A stretch of DNA of 64,000 nucleotides from Candidatus Ideonella esbjergensis (GCA_016710065.1 JADJLP010000015.1:460685-524684); one strand, 5' to 3'; shown: positions 8,614 to 18,179, counted from the first letter of the stretch. A program made the numbers and translations. Notes: generated from the letters alone by a model not told the origin.

Positions 8614-9204
8614 TCAGTGCTCCAACACCGCCAGCCGCCTCTGCATTTCCTGCACGATGGCATTGAACTGCGCGGCCGTTTCCTGCCGCACCTTGGCCGG
8701 CCCGAGCAGCGGCGGGAACCACGAGCCTGGCTCCACCTCGGTGTGGTAGCGCAGGCGGGTGCCATCGCCCTCCGGCTCCAGCGTCATGCTGCTGTCCACG
8801 CGCTTGACGGTGCCCGAGAGGCCGTGGGTGCTTATCTCGCGCTGCGGCACCAGGGTCACCTCGCGCACCGACTCGAAGTTCATGGTCAGCGGGCCCCAAT
8901 GCGCCTTGCCCCTCTGGCTGATCATGAGCAGGTTCTCGTTGCGATGCAGCACCTGGCTGTGGCTGAGGTTGGGGATGAACTCGGCCATGCGGTCAAAGTC
9001 GGTCAGCACCGCCCAGGCCAGGCTGATGGGCACGCGCGCGTGCATGGTCAGATCGATGCTGAAGCCGCCGTCGGCGCGCTCCACCTTCACCTCCTGTTCG
9101 GTCACCACGGGTGGGTTGGGGTCGGCCGCCAGGCTGGGGGCCGACCAACCCAGGGCCAGCGCGGTCAGCGCGGCGGCACAGGTGTGGGTCAGGGCTTGGA
9201 GCAT
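8614..9204 (-). CDS. SRPBCC (START/polyketide-cyclase-like) family protein with a signal peptide.
   Basis: ATG at 9204 is followed by the signal peptide MLQALTHTCAAALTALALGWSAPSLAADP. The length and secondary-structure pattern fit the SRPBCC fold, and the gene is divergent from the next gene. Confidence 0.5.
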   Translation of the reverse strand: MLQALTHTCAAALTALALGWSAPSLAADPNPPVVTEQEVKVERADGGFSIDLTMHARVPISLAWAVLTDFDRMAEFIPNLSHSQVLHRNENLLMISQRGKAHWGPLTMNFESVREVTLVPQREISTHGLSGTVKRVDSSMTLEPEGDGTRLRYHTEVEPGSWFPPLLGPAKVRQETAAQFNAIVQEMQRRLAVLEH

Positions 9205-9253
9205 GGTGATTGACTGTATAGGTACACCTGAGAGCACGGGCTATCGTGCCGGA

Positions 9254-10354
9254 ATGCGCCTGACCTTGTGGTGGCCCCTGGCCCTGTTGTTGTTCGCGTG
9301 CGGAGGCTCGGGCGGTGCCACCGAAGCTGTGGCGCCCAAGGGTCAGCCCTTCGGCATCGAGCTCATCGTGCGCACCGCCGAGAACTTCCACAGCACCGAC
9401 GACGTGGCCCGCTTCGTGGCCCAGGCGGCGGCCCACCAGGTGACGGTGATCAACCTGCTGGTCAAGCAGGACGAGGACGCCACGATCCCATCGGGCGCCG
9501 TCTATTACCGCAGCGCGCTGGCGCCAGCGGCGGCGGGCTACGAGACCTTCGATGTGCTGCAGACCATGCTTGATGCGGCCCACGCCAGGGGCCTGCGCGT
9601 GCGGGCCTGGCTGCCGCAGTTTCACGACCAGGTGGCCGCCACCGCGCACCCCACCTGGCAGATGATGGCCAAGGTGGGTGGCACGGCCCAGCCCTACACT
9701 GGTTCGAGGCAGACCGAGTACTTCGTCAACCCGCTCAGCCCCGAGGTGCAGGCCTACGAGCTGGCGCTGATCCGCGAGGTGCTGGAGCACTACGCGGTGG
9801 ACGGCCTGATGCTCGACTGGATACGCTTTGACAACTACAACATGGACGTGGGGCCAGGCACGCGCAAGGCCTACCAGGCGGCCACCGGTATCGACCCGCT
9901 GACGCTCGATTTCACCCAGCCGGGCGCGGCGCTGGAGCGCTGGAACGCCTTTCGCACCGAAGGCCTGGCCGCGTATGTGAAGCAGGTGCGCCAGGCGCTG
10001 CCACCCGGGCGCGACATGGGTGTGTACATCCTGCCGCCCGAGTTTGTGGAGGTGGGCCAGGACGCCGCCAGGTTCAACGACCAGACCGACTTGCTCAGCC
10101 CCATGTGCTACTTCCGCGACTGGGGCTTCCCGGTGGCGTGGGTGTGGCAAAGCTGCATGGCCACCACGGTGCAAAAGGCTGGTGCGGCGGCGGTTGTGCC
10201 GGCCATGGACATGGGGCTGAGCGACACGCAGTACGGCCAGATCCTGGGCCACCTGCGCAGCGACTACGCCGGCGTCCGGTCCATTGCCTGGTTTCACCAC
10301 GGCACCTGGAGCGAAGCCCAGATGCGGCATGTCGCCCAGCTGAGCCAGCCGTGA
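9254..10354 (+). CDS. Glycoside-hydrolase-like (family-10-like, YddW-type) lipoprotein.
   Basis: ATG at 9254 with a lipobox (MRLTLWWPLALLLFACGGSGG). It has a TIM-barrel-like pattern with LMLDWIRF and FHHGTW motifs, typical of GHL10-type proteins. Confidence 0.5.
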   Translation: MRLTLWWPLALLLFACGGSGGATEAVAPKGQPFGIELIVRTAENFHSTDDVARFVAQAAAHQVTVINLLVKQDEDATIPSGAVYYRSALAPAAAGYETFDVLQTMLDAAHARGLRVRAWLPQFHDQVAATAHPTWQMMAKVGGTAQPYTGSRQTEYFVNPLSPEVQAYELALIREVLEHYAVDGLMLDWIRFDNYNMDVGPGTRKAYQAATGIDPLTLDFTQPGAALERWNAFRTEGLAAYVKQVRQALPPGRDMGVYILPPEFVEVGQDAARFNDQTDLLSPMCYFRDWGFPVAWVWQSCMATTVQKAGAAAVVPAMDMGLSDTQYGQILGHLRSDYAGVRSIAWFHHGTWSEAQMRHVAQLSQP

Positions 10355-10424
10355 AGCCCCCTGTCCTTTGAACAGGGGAGGGTGTGGTGCCCCCAAGTTC
10401 AGTACTCTCGCCGCCACCACCACG

Positions 10425-12146
10425 ATGAAAGCCGCCATGAACGACACCGCAGGCCCACGCCAACTCGTGCTGCTGTGCGATGGCACCAACAACAACCTGA
10501 CCGGCGGGCGCGACGACACCAACGTGGTTCGGCTGGCCGAGTTGCTCAGTGCCTGTACCGACCCCCAGCGGCTGGTGTACTACGACCCCGGCGTGGGCAA
10601 TGCCGGCGAGCTGCCCGGCGCCACGCTGTGGGACACGGCGCGGCGCACGTCCGAGCGCATCGCCGGCCTGGCCTTTGGGCGTGGCGTGTACGAGAACATG
10701 GTGGAGTCGTACCAGTTCCTGATGAACCACTACCAGCCTGGCGACCAGATCTTTGTCTTCGGCTTTTCGCGCGGCGCCTTCACCGCGCGCAGCGTGGCCG
10801 GCCTGGTGAACCAGTTCGGCCTGCTGGAGCCGCACATGGTGTCGATGCTGCCCACGCTGCTGCACTTGTACTTCGCCGACCGGGGCGACGCCGAGCTGTG
10901 GAAGAACATCTCGGCTCAGACCTCGCGCCTGTTTGCCACCGAGCAGGCACGCGCGGTGGAAATCCAGTTCGTGGGCGTGTGGGACACCGTGGCCACCGTG
11001 GGCATGTGGCCGTTCGATGCCCGCTTCTCTGCCGTGCCCACGCTGGCCGGCAAGCGCTTTGTGCACGTGCGCCACGCGCTGGCCCTGGACGAGCAGCGCG
11101 CCCAGTTCAAGCCGCGCCTGTACGCCGAGCCCAACGGCCCCATCCGCACCAAATCCGGCCAGCTCGGCAGCGTGCGGCAGCTGTGGTTCCGTGGCGTGCA
11201 CTGCGACGTGGGAGGGGGCTTCGAGCCGGAGCAGGCCGTGCTCTCGCGCGAAGCGCTGTGCTGGATGGTGAGTGAAGCCGTGCAATGCGGGTTGCGCCTG
11301 CAGCACCAGGGGCACGATTTGGTCACCGAGCCGGCGGTGGCCGGCTTGCTGGGCCAGCTGCATGCGGATGCGCCACCCGAGGCCCAGGCGGTGTCGCACA
11401 GCCAGTTGCACGGCACCTGCCTGTGGGCGCTGACCGGCATGGCGGTGCGTGATGTGCACCACGTCAGCCTGGACGACCTGCCCGATGTGCCCATCACCCC
11501 CGAAGCACACCCCTCGGTGGCCACCCTGGCCACGCGCTGGCCGCAGGACAGCGTGTGGCGCCGCCAGACACGGCCATCGCGGGCCATGTGGGTTTGCCTG
11601 CTGTTGCTGCCGCTGCTGGCGGTGGCACTGGGGCAGCAACTGCACGGCCTGCCACCGCGGCCGGCCACACCTGGCCAGGACCTGCTTTTCTCGTGGCAGC
11701 ACGCCGCTGCGTTCCTGCAGGCCAACGCCGACTTTGCGCTCTGGCAGCTCATGGGCCCGTTCCACGCGCCCTGGGCCTGCCAGCTCGCCTATGCCTGTTC
11801 GCCGCGCTGGACGCTGCTGTGGGATTTGTTCTTCATCGCCGGCTACGCCTACGTGCTGTCGTGGTGGGCCACGGCCGCCTTTGCGCGCCGCGCGGCCCTG
11901 CGCCAGACGGCCGACCACGCGCCCAAGTGGCTCAACCGCCTGGGCTGGGCCCTGCCGGTGCTGGTGGCCGGGGATTTGGCGGAAAACCTCTTCACCTTCC
12001 TCACGCTCAGCTTCGGCGGCATCGACGCCACGGTGCTGGGCCTGGGTGCGAGCGTGCTGATGGCGCTGGGCGCCGCCGTCAAATGGGCCGGCCTGGCGGG
12101 CACATTGGCGCTGATCGCCTGGGGTTGGTTGATGCCCAGGCGCTGA
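10425..12146 (+). CDS. DUF2235 (Tle1-like) alpha/beta-hydrolase domain protein with a C-terminal multi-pass membrane region.
   Basis: The N-terminus carries the DUF2235 signature (LVLLCDGTNNN, YYDPGVGN, FGFSRGAFTARSVAG, VGVWDTVA). The C-terminal 200 aa are hydrophobic helices. ATG at 10425; the track ORF starts earlier at 10368. Confidence 0.65.
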   Translation: MKAAMNDTAGPRQLVLLCDGTNNNLTGGRDDTNVVRLAELLSACTDPQRLVYYDPGVGNAGELPGATLWDTARRTSERIAGLAFGRGVYENMVESYQFLMNHYQPGDQIFVFGFSRGAFTARSVAGLVNQFGLLEPHMVSMLPTLLHLYFADRGDAELWKNISAQTSRLFATEQARAVEIQFVGVWDTVATVGMWPFDARFSAVPTLAGKRFVHVRHALALDEQRAQFKPRLYAEPNGPIRTKSGQLGSVRQLWFRGVHCDVGGGFEPEQAVLSREALCWMVSEAVQCGLRLQHQGHDLVTEPAVAGLLGQLHADAPPEAQAVSHSQLHGTCLWALTGMAVRDVHHVSLDDLPDVPITPEAHPSVATLATRWPQDSVWRRQTRPSRAMWVCLLLLPLLAVALGQQLHGLPPRPATPGQDLLFSWQHAAAFLQANADFALWQLMGPFHAPWACQLAYACSPRWTLLWDLFFIAGYAYVLSWWATAAFARRAALRQTADHAPKWLNRLGWALPVLVAGDLAENLFTFLTLSFGGIDATVLGLGASVLMALGAAVKWAGLAGTLALIAWGWLMPRR

Positions 12147-12196
12147 AGGTGGCGGCGCTATGCTCGGTGCCCCACCGGCACCCGAGGAATCCGCGC

Positions 12197-14008
12197 ATGC
12201 TCGGCCCCCCTTCCCTGGTTCGCATCACCGCGCTCGGCCTGCTGGCGGGCGTGGTGGCGGGCTGCGCGGCCGCCACACCCGCCCCCGCCTCCAGCCATTG
12301 TGAAGCGCTGAAAGGTTGGGCGAGTGGCTCGGCGCACGTGCTGTCGGCCGAGCTGTTGACACCTCTCGCCAGTCTGGACGGTGTAGCACTCAGCGTGCCC
12401 ATCTGCCGCGTGCAAGGCGTGGCCCGCCCGGCGGCCGATTCAGACATCCGCTTCGAGGTTTGGCTGCCCGAGCCCGCCGCCTGGAGCGGCCGCTACAAGC
12501 AGAACGGCACCGGCGGTTTTGCCGGCCACACGCCGCGCGGCCGCATGGCCGAGGACGTGGGCCTGGGCTTTGCCGCCGCCGGCAGCAACATGGGCCACGA
12601 CGGTGGCGAGTCTGCCCGCTGGGCCCTGGGCCACCCCGACAAGCTGCTCGACTGGGGCCTGCGCGCCCATGCCGAGGTGGCCGCAGCGGCCAAGGCGCTG
12701 GTGCAAGCGCACTACGGCCGGCCGGCGCAGCACGCCTACTTCGAGGGCTGCTCCAACGGCGGCCGCCAGGCCATGCTGATGGCCCAGCGCCACCCCACGC
12801 TGTTCGACGGCATCGTGGCCGGTGCGCCATCGATGTTCTACCCCGACATGCTGATGACGCTGGCCTGGATGACCCGCGCCCAGGTGCCCAAGGCCGGCCA
12901 GGCGCCGCTGCTCTCGTCCGCCAAACGTGCGCTGATCGCCGAGCGCACGCTGCAGGCCTGCGACACGCTGGACGGCTTGCGCGACGGCGAAGTCACCCAC
13001 CCCATGGTCTGCCACTTTCCGCTGCAATCCCTGCGCTGCACCGCGGCCGATGGGCCCGATTGCCTCACCGACACCGAGCTGCGCGTGGCCACGCAGGTGC
13101 TCGGCGGCCCGCGCAACGCCCGTGGCCAGGCCTTGTGGGCCGGCCCGCTACCGGGGGCTGAAAACGAATGGGCGCCCGGCTTTGCCGACGACGGTGGCTA
13201 TGGCCGCTTCATCGGCCACGCGGTGCTGGGGCAAGACAGCCCGCCCTTCGACTGGCGCCAACTCAACTTCGACGCCGACCATGCCCGCGTGCTGCAAACC
13301 TTGGGGCCGCTCACCGCCGCACCCAACCCCGATCTGTCGGCCTTCACCGCACGCGGCGGCAAGCTCATCGGGTTTCAGGGCTGGCAGGACGCCATCGTCA
13401 CGCCGCAGGGCTCGCTGAACTACGTCAATGCACAGGCCTTGTTGCAAGCCTGGGCTGCCCTGCCGGCAGATGAGTTCGAGCGCCGCCTGCAGGCCCTCAG
13501 CCCCGCCCAGCTGGCCAGCACCACGCTGGCCCAGGCTGCCCACCTGCAGCAGGCGCAGCGCTTGTTCATGCTGCCCGGCGTGGGCCATTGCGGTGGTGGC
13601 GCCGGCCCCAGTGCCCTGGGCGGCGGCCTGGCCGAGCCGCCGCAACGCGATCCGCAACATGATTTGCTGCAGGCCCTGCTGCGCTGGGTGGAAGCGGGCG
13701 AGGCGCCGGCCAGCCTCATCGCCTCGCGCACCGACGGCCCGCGCGTGCTGCGCCAGCGCCCTGTCTGCCCCTACCCGCAGCTGGCGCTGTACCAAGGCAA
13801 AGGCAGCATCGACAGCGCCGAGAGCTTTCGCTGCACCACGCCCACCGCCGAGCAGCTGGGCCTCAGCGACACCGATGTGATGCAGGTGCGGACGATCCTG
13901 CGCACCCCCGCCGCCGTCATTCCCGCGGAGCCTGCCCCCGCGAAGGCGGGGGGCGGGAATCCAGGAGACGTCGGTGATGCCCGTGGATTCCCGCCTGCGC
14001 GGGAATGA
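12197..14008 (+). CDS. Tannase/feruloyl-esterase family lipoprotein.
   Basis: A lipobox follows ATG 12197 (LLAGVVAGCAA). The family's GCSNGG active-site motif is present (YFEGCSNGGRQA). The last roughly 30 codons run through REP palindromes, giving ...IPAEPAPAKAGGGNPGDVGDARGFPPARE. Confidence 0.7.
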   Translation: MLGPPSLVRITALGLLAGVVAGCAAATPAPASSHCEALKGWASGSAHVLSAELLTPLASLDGVALSVPICRVQGVARPAADSDIRFEVWLPEPAAWSGRYKQNGTGGFAGHTPRGRMAEDVGLGFAAAGSNMGHDGGESARWALGHPDKLLDWGLRAHAEVAAAAKALVQAHYGRPAQHAYFEGCSNGGRQAMLMAQRHPTLFDGIVAGAPSMFYPDMLMTLAWMTRAQVPKAGQAPLLSSAKRALIAERTLQACDTLDGLRDGEVTHPMVCHFPLQSLRCTAADGPDCLTDTELRVATQVLGGPRNARGQALWAGPLPGAENEWAPGFADDGGYGRFIGHAVLGQDSPPFDWRQLNFDADHARVLQTLGPLTAAPNPDLSAFTARGGKLIGFQGWQDAIVTPQGSLNYVNAQALLQAWAALPADEFERRLQALSPAQLASTTLAQAAHLQQAQRLFMLPGVGHCGGGAGPSALGGGLAEPPQRDPQHDLLQALLRWVEAGEAPASLIASRTDGPRVLRQRPVCPYPQLALYQGKGSIDSAESFRCTTPTAEQLGLSDTDVMQVRTILRTPAAVIPAEPAPAKAGGGNPGDVGDARGFPPARE

Positions 14009-14009
14009 C
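13916..14009. repeat. Pair of REP-type palindromes: a degenerate copy (13916-13962) and a canonical inverted copy GGATTCCCGCCTGCGCGGGAATGAC (13985-14009).
   Basis: The same 25-mer palindrome recurs at 15338, 15730, 32580 and 32621. Confidence 0.7.
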
Positions 14010-14058
14010 AACACGGGGCCCTCGCGGCAATGACGGCAGCACAGCGCAAAATGCGCCG

Positions 14059-14913
14059 ATGAAAGCACCCCCGCGACTGCAAGCGCTGATAGACGAAGGC
14101 CTGATCGACACCGTGGTGCGCCAGCTCATGAGCGGCAAGGAGGCCATGGTCTACGTGGTGCGCCTGGGCGATCACACGCTGTGCGCCAAGATCTACAAAG
14201 TGGCCACCCAGCGCAGCTTTCGGCAGGCGGTGGACTACACCGAGAACCGCAAGGTCAAGAACACTCGCCAGGCCCGCGCCATGGCCAAGGGCTCGCGCTA
14301 CGGCCGCGAGCAGCAGGAGCAGGCCTGGCAAAGCGCCGAGGTGGACGCGCTGTACCGCCTGGCGGCGGCCGGCGTGCGAGTGCCCAAGCCGCTGAACTTT
14401 CACGACGGCGTGCTGCTGATGGAGCTGGTCACCGGCCCCGAGGGCGACGCCGCTCCACGCCTGAACGACGTGCACTTCACCCCAGCCGAAGCCCGCCAGC
14501 ACCACGCCCGCCTGATCGCCGAAGTGGTGCGCATGCTGGGCGCCGGCGTGGTGCACGGCGACCTCTCCGAGTTCAACATCCTGCTGGCCGAGGATGGCCC
14601 GGTGATCATCGACCTGCCCCAGGCCGTGGACGCGGCCGGAAACAACCACGCCTCGCGCATGCTGCTGCGCGACGTGAACAACCTGCGCGACTTCTTTGGC
14701 CGCTTCGCGCCCGAGCTGCGCGCCACCCAGTACGGCGCCGAGATCTGGAGCCTGTACCAACGCGGCCTGCTGCATGTGGACACACCGCTCACCGGCCACT
14801 TCGAGCCGAGCACCGCCTCGGTGGATCTGAAAGCCGTGCTGCGCGAGATCGAGGACGCGCGCGAGGAAGAAGCCGCACGGCTGCTGAGGTTGCGAGAATC
14901 CGGCTATGTTTAA
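14059..14913 (+). CDS. RIO-type serine protein kinase.
   Basis: In-frame ATG at 14059. Kinase motifs are present: MVYVVRLGDHTLCAKIYK (Lys subdomain) and VVHGDLSEFNILL (catalytic loop). It has RIO1-like length and order. Confidence 0.65.
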   Translation: MKAPPRLQALIDEGLIDTVVRQLMSGKEAMVYVVRLGDHTLCAKIYKVATQRSFRQAVDYTENRKVKNTRQARAMAKGSRYGREQQEQAWQSAEVDALYRLAAAGVRVPKPLNFHDGVLLMELVTGPEGDAAPRLNDVHFTPAEARQHHARLIAEVVRMLGAGVVHGDLSEFNILLAEDGPVIIDLPQAVDAAGNNHASRMLLRDVNNLRDFFGRFAPELRATQYGAEIWSLYQRGLLHVDTPLTGHFEPSTASVDLKAVLREIEDAREEEAARLLRLRESGYV

Positions 14914-14942
14914 GGGCTGTGATCCCGAGAGCGATTTGTTCG

Positions 14943-15248
14943 ATGAGCCACCTGCCTGATTTCGTCACCTTCGAAGCCCTGGCCTTGGCCCAGGGCTTTG
15001 ACGAAGTGGCCGAGCGCCGCTGGCCCGCGCTGGCCGAGCTGGCCACCCACACCCACCCCTTCGCAGTGCAGGCGCTGGTGGTGCAGGGTGAAATGTGGCT
15101 CAGCGTGGGCGCGGGCGAATCTGCCCACACGCGGCACCTGGTGCGCGGCGACCGCTTCGAGCTGGCCATGCACGCACCGCACGCCGAGCGCTACGGTGCC
15201 GAAGGGGCCACCTACTGGGTGGCCCGCCGGCACGAGCACAAGTCCTGA
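14943..15248 (+). CDS. Small cupin-like protein, 101 aa.
   Basis: An ATG at 14943 sits at the tail of track ORF 14181..15248. The region shows a two-His beta-barrel pattern (HTHPFAVQALVVQGEMWLSVG...HLVRGDRFELAMHAPHAE). Confidence 0.45.
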   Translation: MSHLPDFVTFEALALAQGFDEVAERRWPALAELATHTHPFAVQALVVQGEMWLSVGAGESAHTRHLVRGDRFELAMHAPHAERYGAEGATYWVARRHEHKS

Positions 15249-15337
15249 CGCGGTTTGCCTTTTTGAGCTTGAAGCTGGTGGTGTTTCCACAGCCGTTTTC
15301 GGCGCATAGCAGTCCGTCATCCCCGTCCCTCGACCCC

Positions 15338-15754
15338 GTCATTCCCGCGCAGGCGGGAATCCAGGTTTTCTCGCTCACACGTCGGTGGCGGGGCAGAGGT
15401 CGACGGGTACCCGCCCGACTCCATCTCCCCCTCCGCCATGCCCTCAAGCCGGGCATGGCGCATTCCTCCTTGAGTTCCGTCGGGCGGGTACCCGACACCC
15501 TCTGCCTGAGACAGCGGTGGCGCGCCACCAGGTGGACCGCCACCGTCAGGGGTTGCAGGGCAGTGGTGGTGCCTTCGGACGGAGGGCACATTCGCGTTTG
15601 GGTAGAGAGCTCCGAGGGCCAAGGCGGAACAAGAGAGCGCAGGCGCAACAGAGGGCACGGCGCTGGTCCGCGAGGAGTCCGTAGGCCGAAGGTACCGCCG
15701 CTGCGCTGCCGCAGCCGAAGCAAAGACATGGATTCCCGCCTACGCGGGAATGAC
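15338..15754. repeat. Composite REP-bounded element: GTCATTCCCGCGCAGGCGGGAATCC at 15338-15362 and its inverted copy at 15730-15754 flank about 370 bp of non-coding sequence that contains a second inverted-repeat pair (GACGGGTACCCGCCCGAC ... GTCGGGCGGGTACCCGAC). It is MITE-like.
   Basis: Seen directly. No credible ORF lies inside it; the track ORFs there are composition artefacts. Confidence 0.5.
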
Positions 15755-15832
15755 GAAATACGGCCGGCCGCTATGCGCCGAAAACCGCCGCCACGCGGAG
15801 CAGTGCTCTCGTGCTCCTGCGCGCCATGCGGC

Positions 15833-16078
15833 TCAGCGGTTGTCCCACCAGATCGCGCCGCACAGCGCCAGGCCCACCAGCCACAGCAGCAGCGTGTTGG
15901 GCACTGCGTAGGGGTAGAACATCAGCGCCACGCCCAGCCACTTGGTGTGGGCCTGCTGGCGGTGCTGGCCAAAGCGCCAGGCCGCAAAGCCCAACAGCCC
16001 GAACACGATGGCGCCAAAGATGTAGGCTGGGCTGGGCAGCGTGAGCCCCAAGGCCTGGGCGGTTTGCAGGGCTTCCAT
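15833..16078 (-). CDS. Small two-helix membrane protein, 81 aa.
   Basis: ATG at 16078. It has two strongly hydrophobic segments (IFGAIVFGLLGFAAW and LLLWLVGLALCGAIWW). Confidence 0.4.
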   Translation of the reverse strand: MEALQTAQALGLTLPSPAYIFGAIVFGLLGFAAWRFGQHRQQAHTKWLGVALMFYPYAVPNTLLLWLVGLALCGAIWWDNR

Positions 16079-16105
16079 CAGGCCGCCAGTATGCGCGCCG
16101 GGTGC

Positions 16106-16765
16106 TCAGGCGTTGCTGCCCTCGGCCGCCTTGTTCAGCAGCATGGCATTGAGCTTGACCAGGGCGGGGTCGATGGCGGCTGGGGTGAGCTGCGCGCCGC
16201 TGGCCACCACCGTCAGCGTCATGCGGTGGTTGTCCACATTGAACACCCGGCACAGAGTGCTGGTGTTGGCGGTGTCGTAGAGCATCAGTGCCAACGGAGT
16301 GGGTGAGCCATCGCGCGAGATGCGGTCGGCCATCAGCAACAGCAGGGATGCGGTGGCGCCCAGCTTCTCGGCGTCTTGCGTGCTGCTGCTGGCGGCGATG
16401 CGCCAGCCCTGCGCATCGCTGAGCAGCACGGACGAGAAGTTGCCCTTGTCGGCCATCTGGTCCAGCACCGCTGTGAGGTTGCGTTGCTGGCCCTTGCCGG
16501 ATTCCAGGCGTGACATCTCATAGGACAGCCGCTCGCGCTGAACCAGCGGCGACAAGATGTCTTGCAGCGTGGCGCGCAGGCCTTCGTCGTTCACCCTGGG
16601 CATGGCCGCCTGGTCGCGCAGCAGCGCGATCTCCTTGGCAAAGCCGCGGTTGAGCTGGCGCAGGCTTTGCCGAGCCTGCGCGCCTTTGCGCACGCCGTGC
16701 AGGTAGCCGGCGCCCAGGAGCAACAGCGCCGCACCCAGCGCAACGAGGTAGGTCAGCAGGGTCAT
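16106..16765 (-). CDS. Membrane-anchored roadblock/LC7-like domain protein.
   Basis: The real protein is the C-terminal 220 aa of track ORF 16106..17269. ATG at 16765 overlaps the stop of the upstream gene as ATGA. It has an N-terminal TM helix (MTLLTYLVALGAALLLLGAG) followed by a roadblock-like alpha/beta region. Confidence 0.5.
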   Translation of the reverse strand: MTLLTYLVALGAALLLLGAGYLHGVRKGAQARQSLRQLNRGFAKEIALLRDQAAMPRVNDEGLRATLQDILSPLVQRERLSYEMSRLESGKGQQRNLTAVLDQMADKGNFSSVLLSDAQGWRIAASSSTQDAEKLGATASLLLLMADRISRDGSPTPLALMLYDTANTSTLCRVFNVDNHRMTLTVVASGAQLTPAAIDPALVKLNAMLLNKAAEGSNA

Positions 16766-17388
16766 GGTTTTTGAGGGGCTGGCGTGAGACAAACGTTGGG
16801 GTCTTGAACCTGGATGGTCACGCGGCGGTTGGCATGCGCATTGCCAGGCAGGCCCTCGATGGGCGCGTGGCTGCCAACCGCCGCAATGTGCAATTGCTGG
16901 GGCGCCACGCCCAGCTGGGCCAGCATGGCCACCACCGCCTTGGCCCTCTGGTAGCTGAGCAGCAGGTTGGCCTGGTCCATGCCCACCAGGTCGGCATGCC
17001 CTTCCACTGAGACCTTGGCGTCGGGGTGCTCGCGAGCCCAAGCGACAAGGGGGCCTAGATCGGGCAAGGTGTCGGTGGTGACCGGGGTTGATTTGCCGGT
17101 GGCGAAATGGATCGCCTGGCCTCGCGGGCATGCGGGCAGCACGGCACTGGCCGGGGCCAGCGGTGCCGCTGCGTGCGCAACGGCTTTCTCTGTTTGCGGC
17201 GCCTGGGGTGCGTGGGCCGGTTGGGACAGCGGCGCCGGCTGCGGTGCCGCCAGGCCCTGCCAAAGCCAAGCGGCCACCAGCGTGGTCAGCAGGCCCAGGG
17301 CAGTGAGCGCCAGCAGGCCGCCCAGCGGCGCGTGCTCGCCGTGCAGCGCATGCGCGGGGAGGTTGTCGAGCGAGTAGATGTCGCTCAA
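16762..17388 (-). CDS. OmpA/MotB-like peptidoglycan-binding domain protein with an N-terminal TM helix.
   Basis: The C-terminal OmpA-like motif is present (VSVEGHADLVGMDQANLLLSYQRAKAVVAML...NRRVTIQV). The start overlaps the stop of the MBL gene. Confidence 0.65.
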   Translation of the reverse strand: MSDIYSLDNLPAHALHGEHAPLGGLLALTALGLLTTLVAAWLWQGLAAPQPAPLSQPAHAPQAPQTEKAVAHAAAPLAPASAVLPACPRGQAIHFATGKSTPVTTDTLPDLGPLVAWAREHPDAKVSVEGHADLVGMDQANLLLSYQRAKAVVAMLAQLGVAPQQLHIAAVGSHAPIEGLPGNAHANRRVTIQVQDPNVCLTPAPQKP

Positions 17389-18146
17389 GCGGTAGGCACC
17401 TTGAAGCTAGGCAGGATCAGGTCGACACCGCACTCCAGGCTTGAGCACCACCGGATGAAGCGGTCCACCATCTCCTTGCCCTGGAAGTAGGCCCCGTGTT
17501 GCGGGGCAATGATCTCGATGTCCAGCGAGCGCACCATGTTGGCCCAGGCCTGCATGACCCGGTTGGACGCCATGTAGCGGCGGTGAAAGCCTTCCATGTG
17601 GCGCAGGTGCTGGCCGAAGTCAGTCACCTTGACATAGTCGGTGCCCAGCGAGGTGCCCAGGTCACCCGTGTACAGAATCTTGGAGACCGGGTCGTAGAGC
17701 TGAAAGTTGCCCTCGCTGTGCAGAAAGTGCGCCGGCACCACGGGCATTTGCACGCCGCCCAGCTCCAGCATCTTGCCGGCGTCCGGTATGGGCTTGAGCC
17801 GGTGCTCCACCAGATGGTCCAGGCCAAAGTGCGCCACGAACCGGGTCCAGATTTCCGACAAATGGGCGTCGGCGTCGGTGGTCATCAGCCAGCCGTTGAC
17901 GGCGGCCACGATGTCCGGGTCCTGGTGCGAGAGAAAGAGGTGGCGCAACTTGGCGTTGCCCAGGGTGGCGAAGGTGGCCGACAGCACGCGCGAGTAGATC
18001 TTGTGCCCACCTGGATCGAGGATCATGCCCTCGCCGCCGTGCACGATCACGTGCTGGTTGGACTGGACGGCAAAGCCGCCCGCATCGAAATCTTCGAGCA
18101 GCACATTGCGGTGCGTGCCATCGTCATACAGGATGGTGTTGGGCAT
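17385..18146 (-). CDS. MBL-fold metallo-hydrolase.
   Basis: Track ORF of 253 aa with a beta-lactamase-fold histidine/aspartate motif region (LFLSHQDPDIV...) and globular composition. Confidence 0.6.
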   Translation of the reverse strand: MPNTILYDDGTHRNVLLEDFDAGGFAVQSNQHVIVHGGEGMILDPGGHKIYSRVLSATFATLGNAKLRHLFLSHQDPDIVAAVNGWLMTTDADAHLSEIWTRFVAHFGLDHLVEHRLKPIPDAGKMLELGGVQMPVVPAHFLHSEGNFQLYDPVSKILYTGDLGTSLGTDYVKVTDFGQHLRHMEGFHRRYMASNRVMQAWANMVRSLDIEIIAPQHGAYFQGKEMVDRFIRWCSSLECGVDLILPSFKVPTA

Positions 18147-18179
18147 GCAGGGTCTCCAGGTTGGGCTTGGTCACCCCGG

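Noticed and set aside
8759-9253. The 5' extension of track ORF 8759-10354 upstream of the lipobox start.
   Set aside because: It is antisense to the SRPBCC gene. The real start is ATG 9254, which gives a canonical lipoprotein signal.
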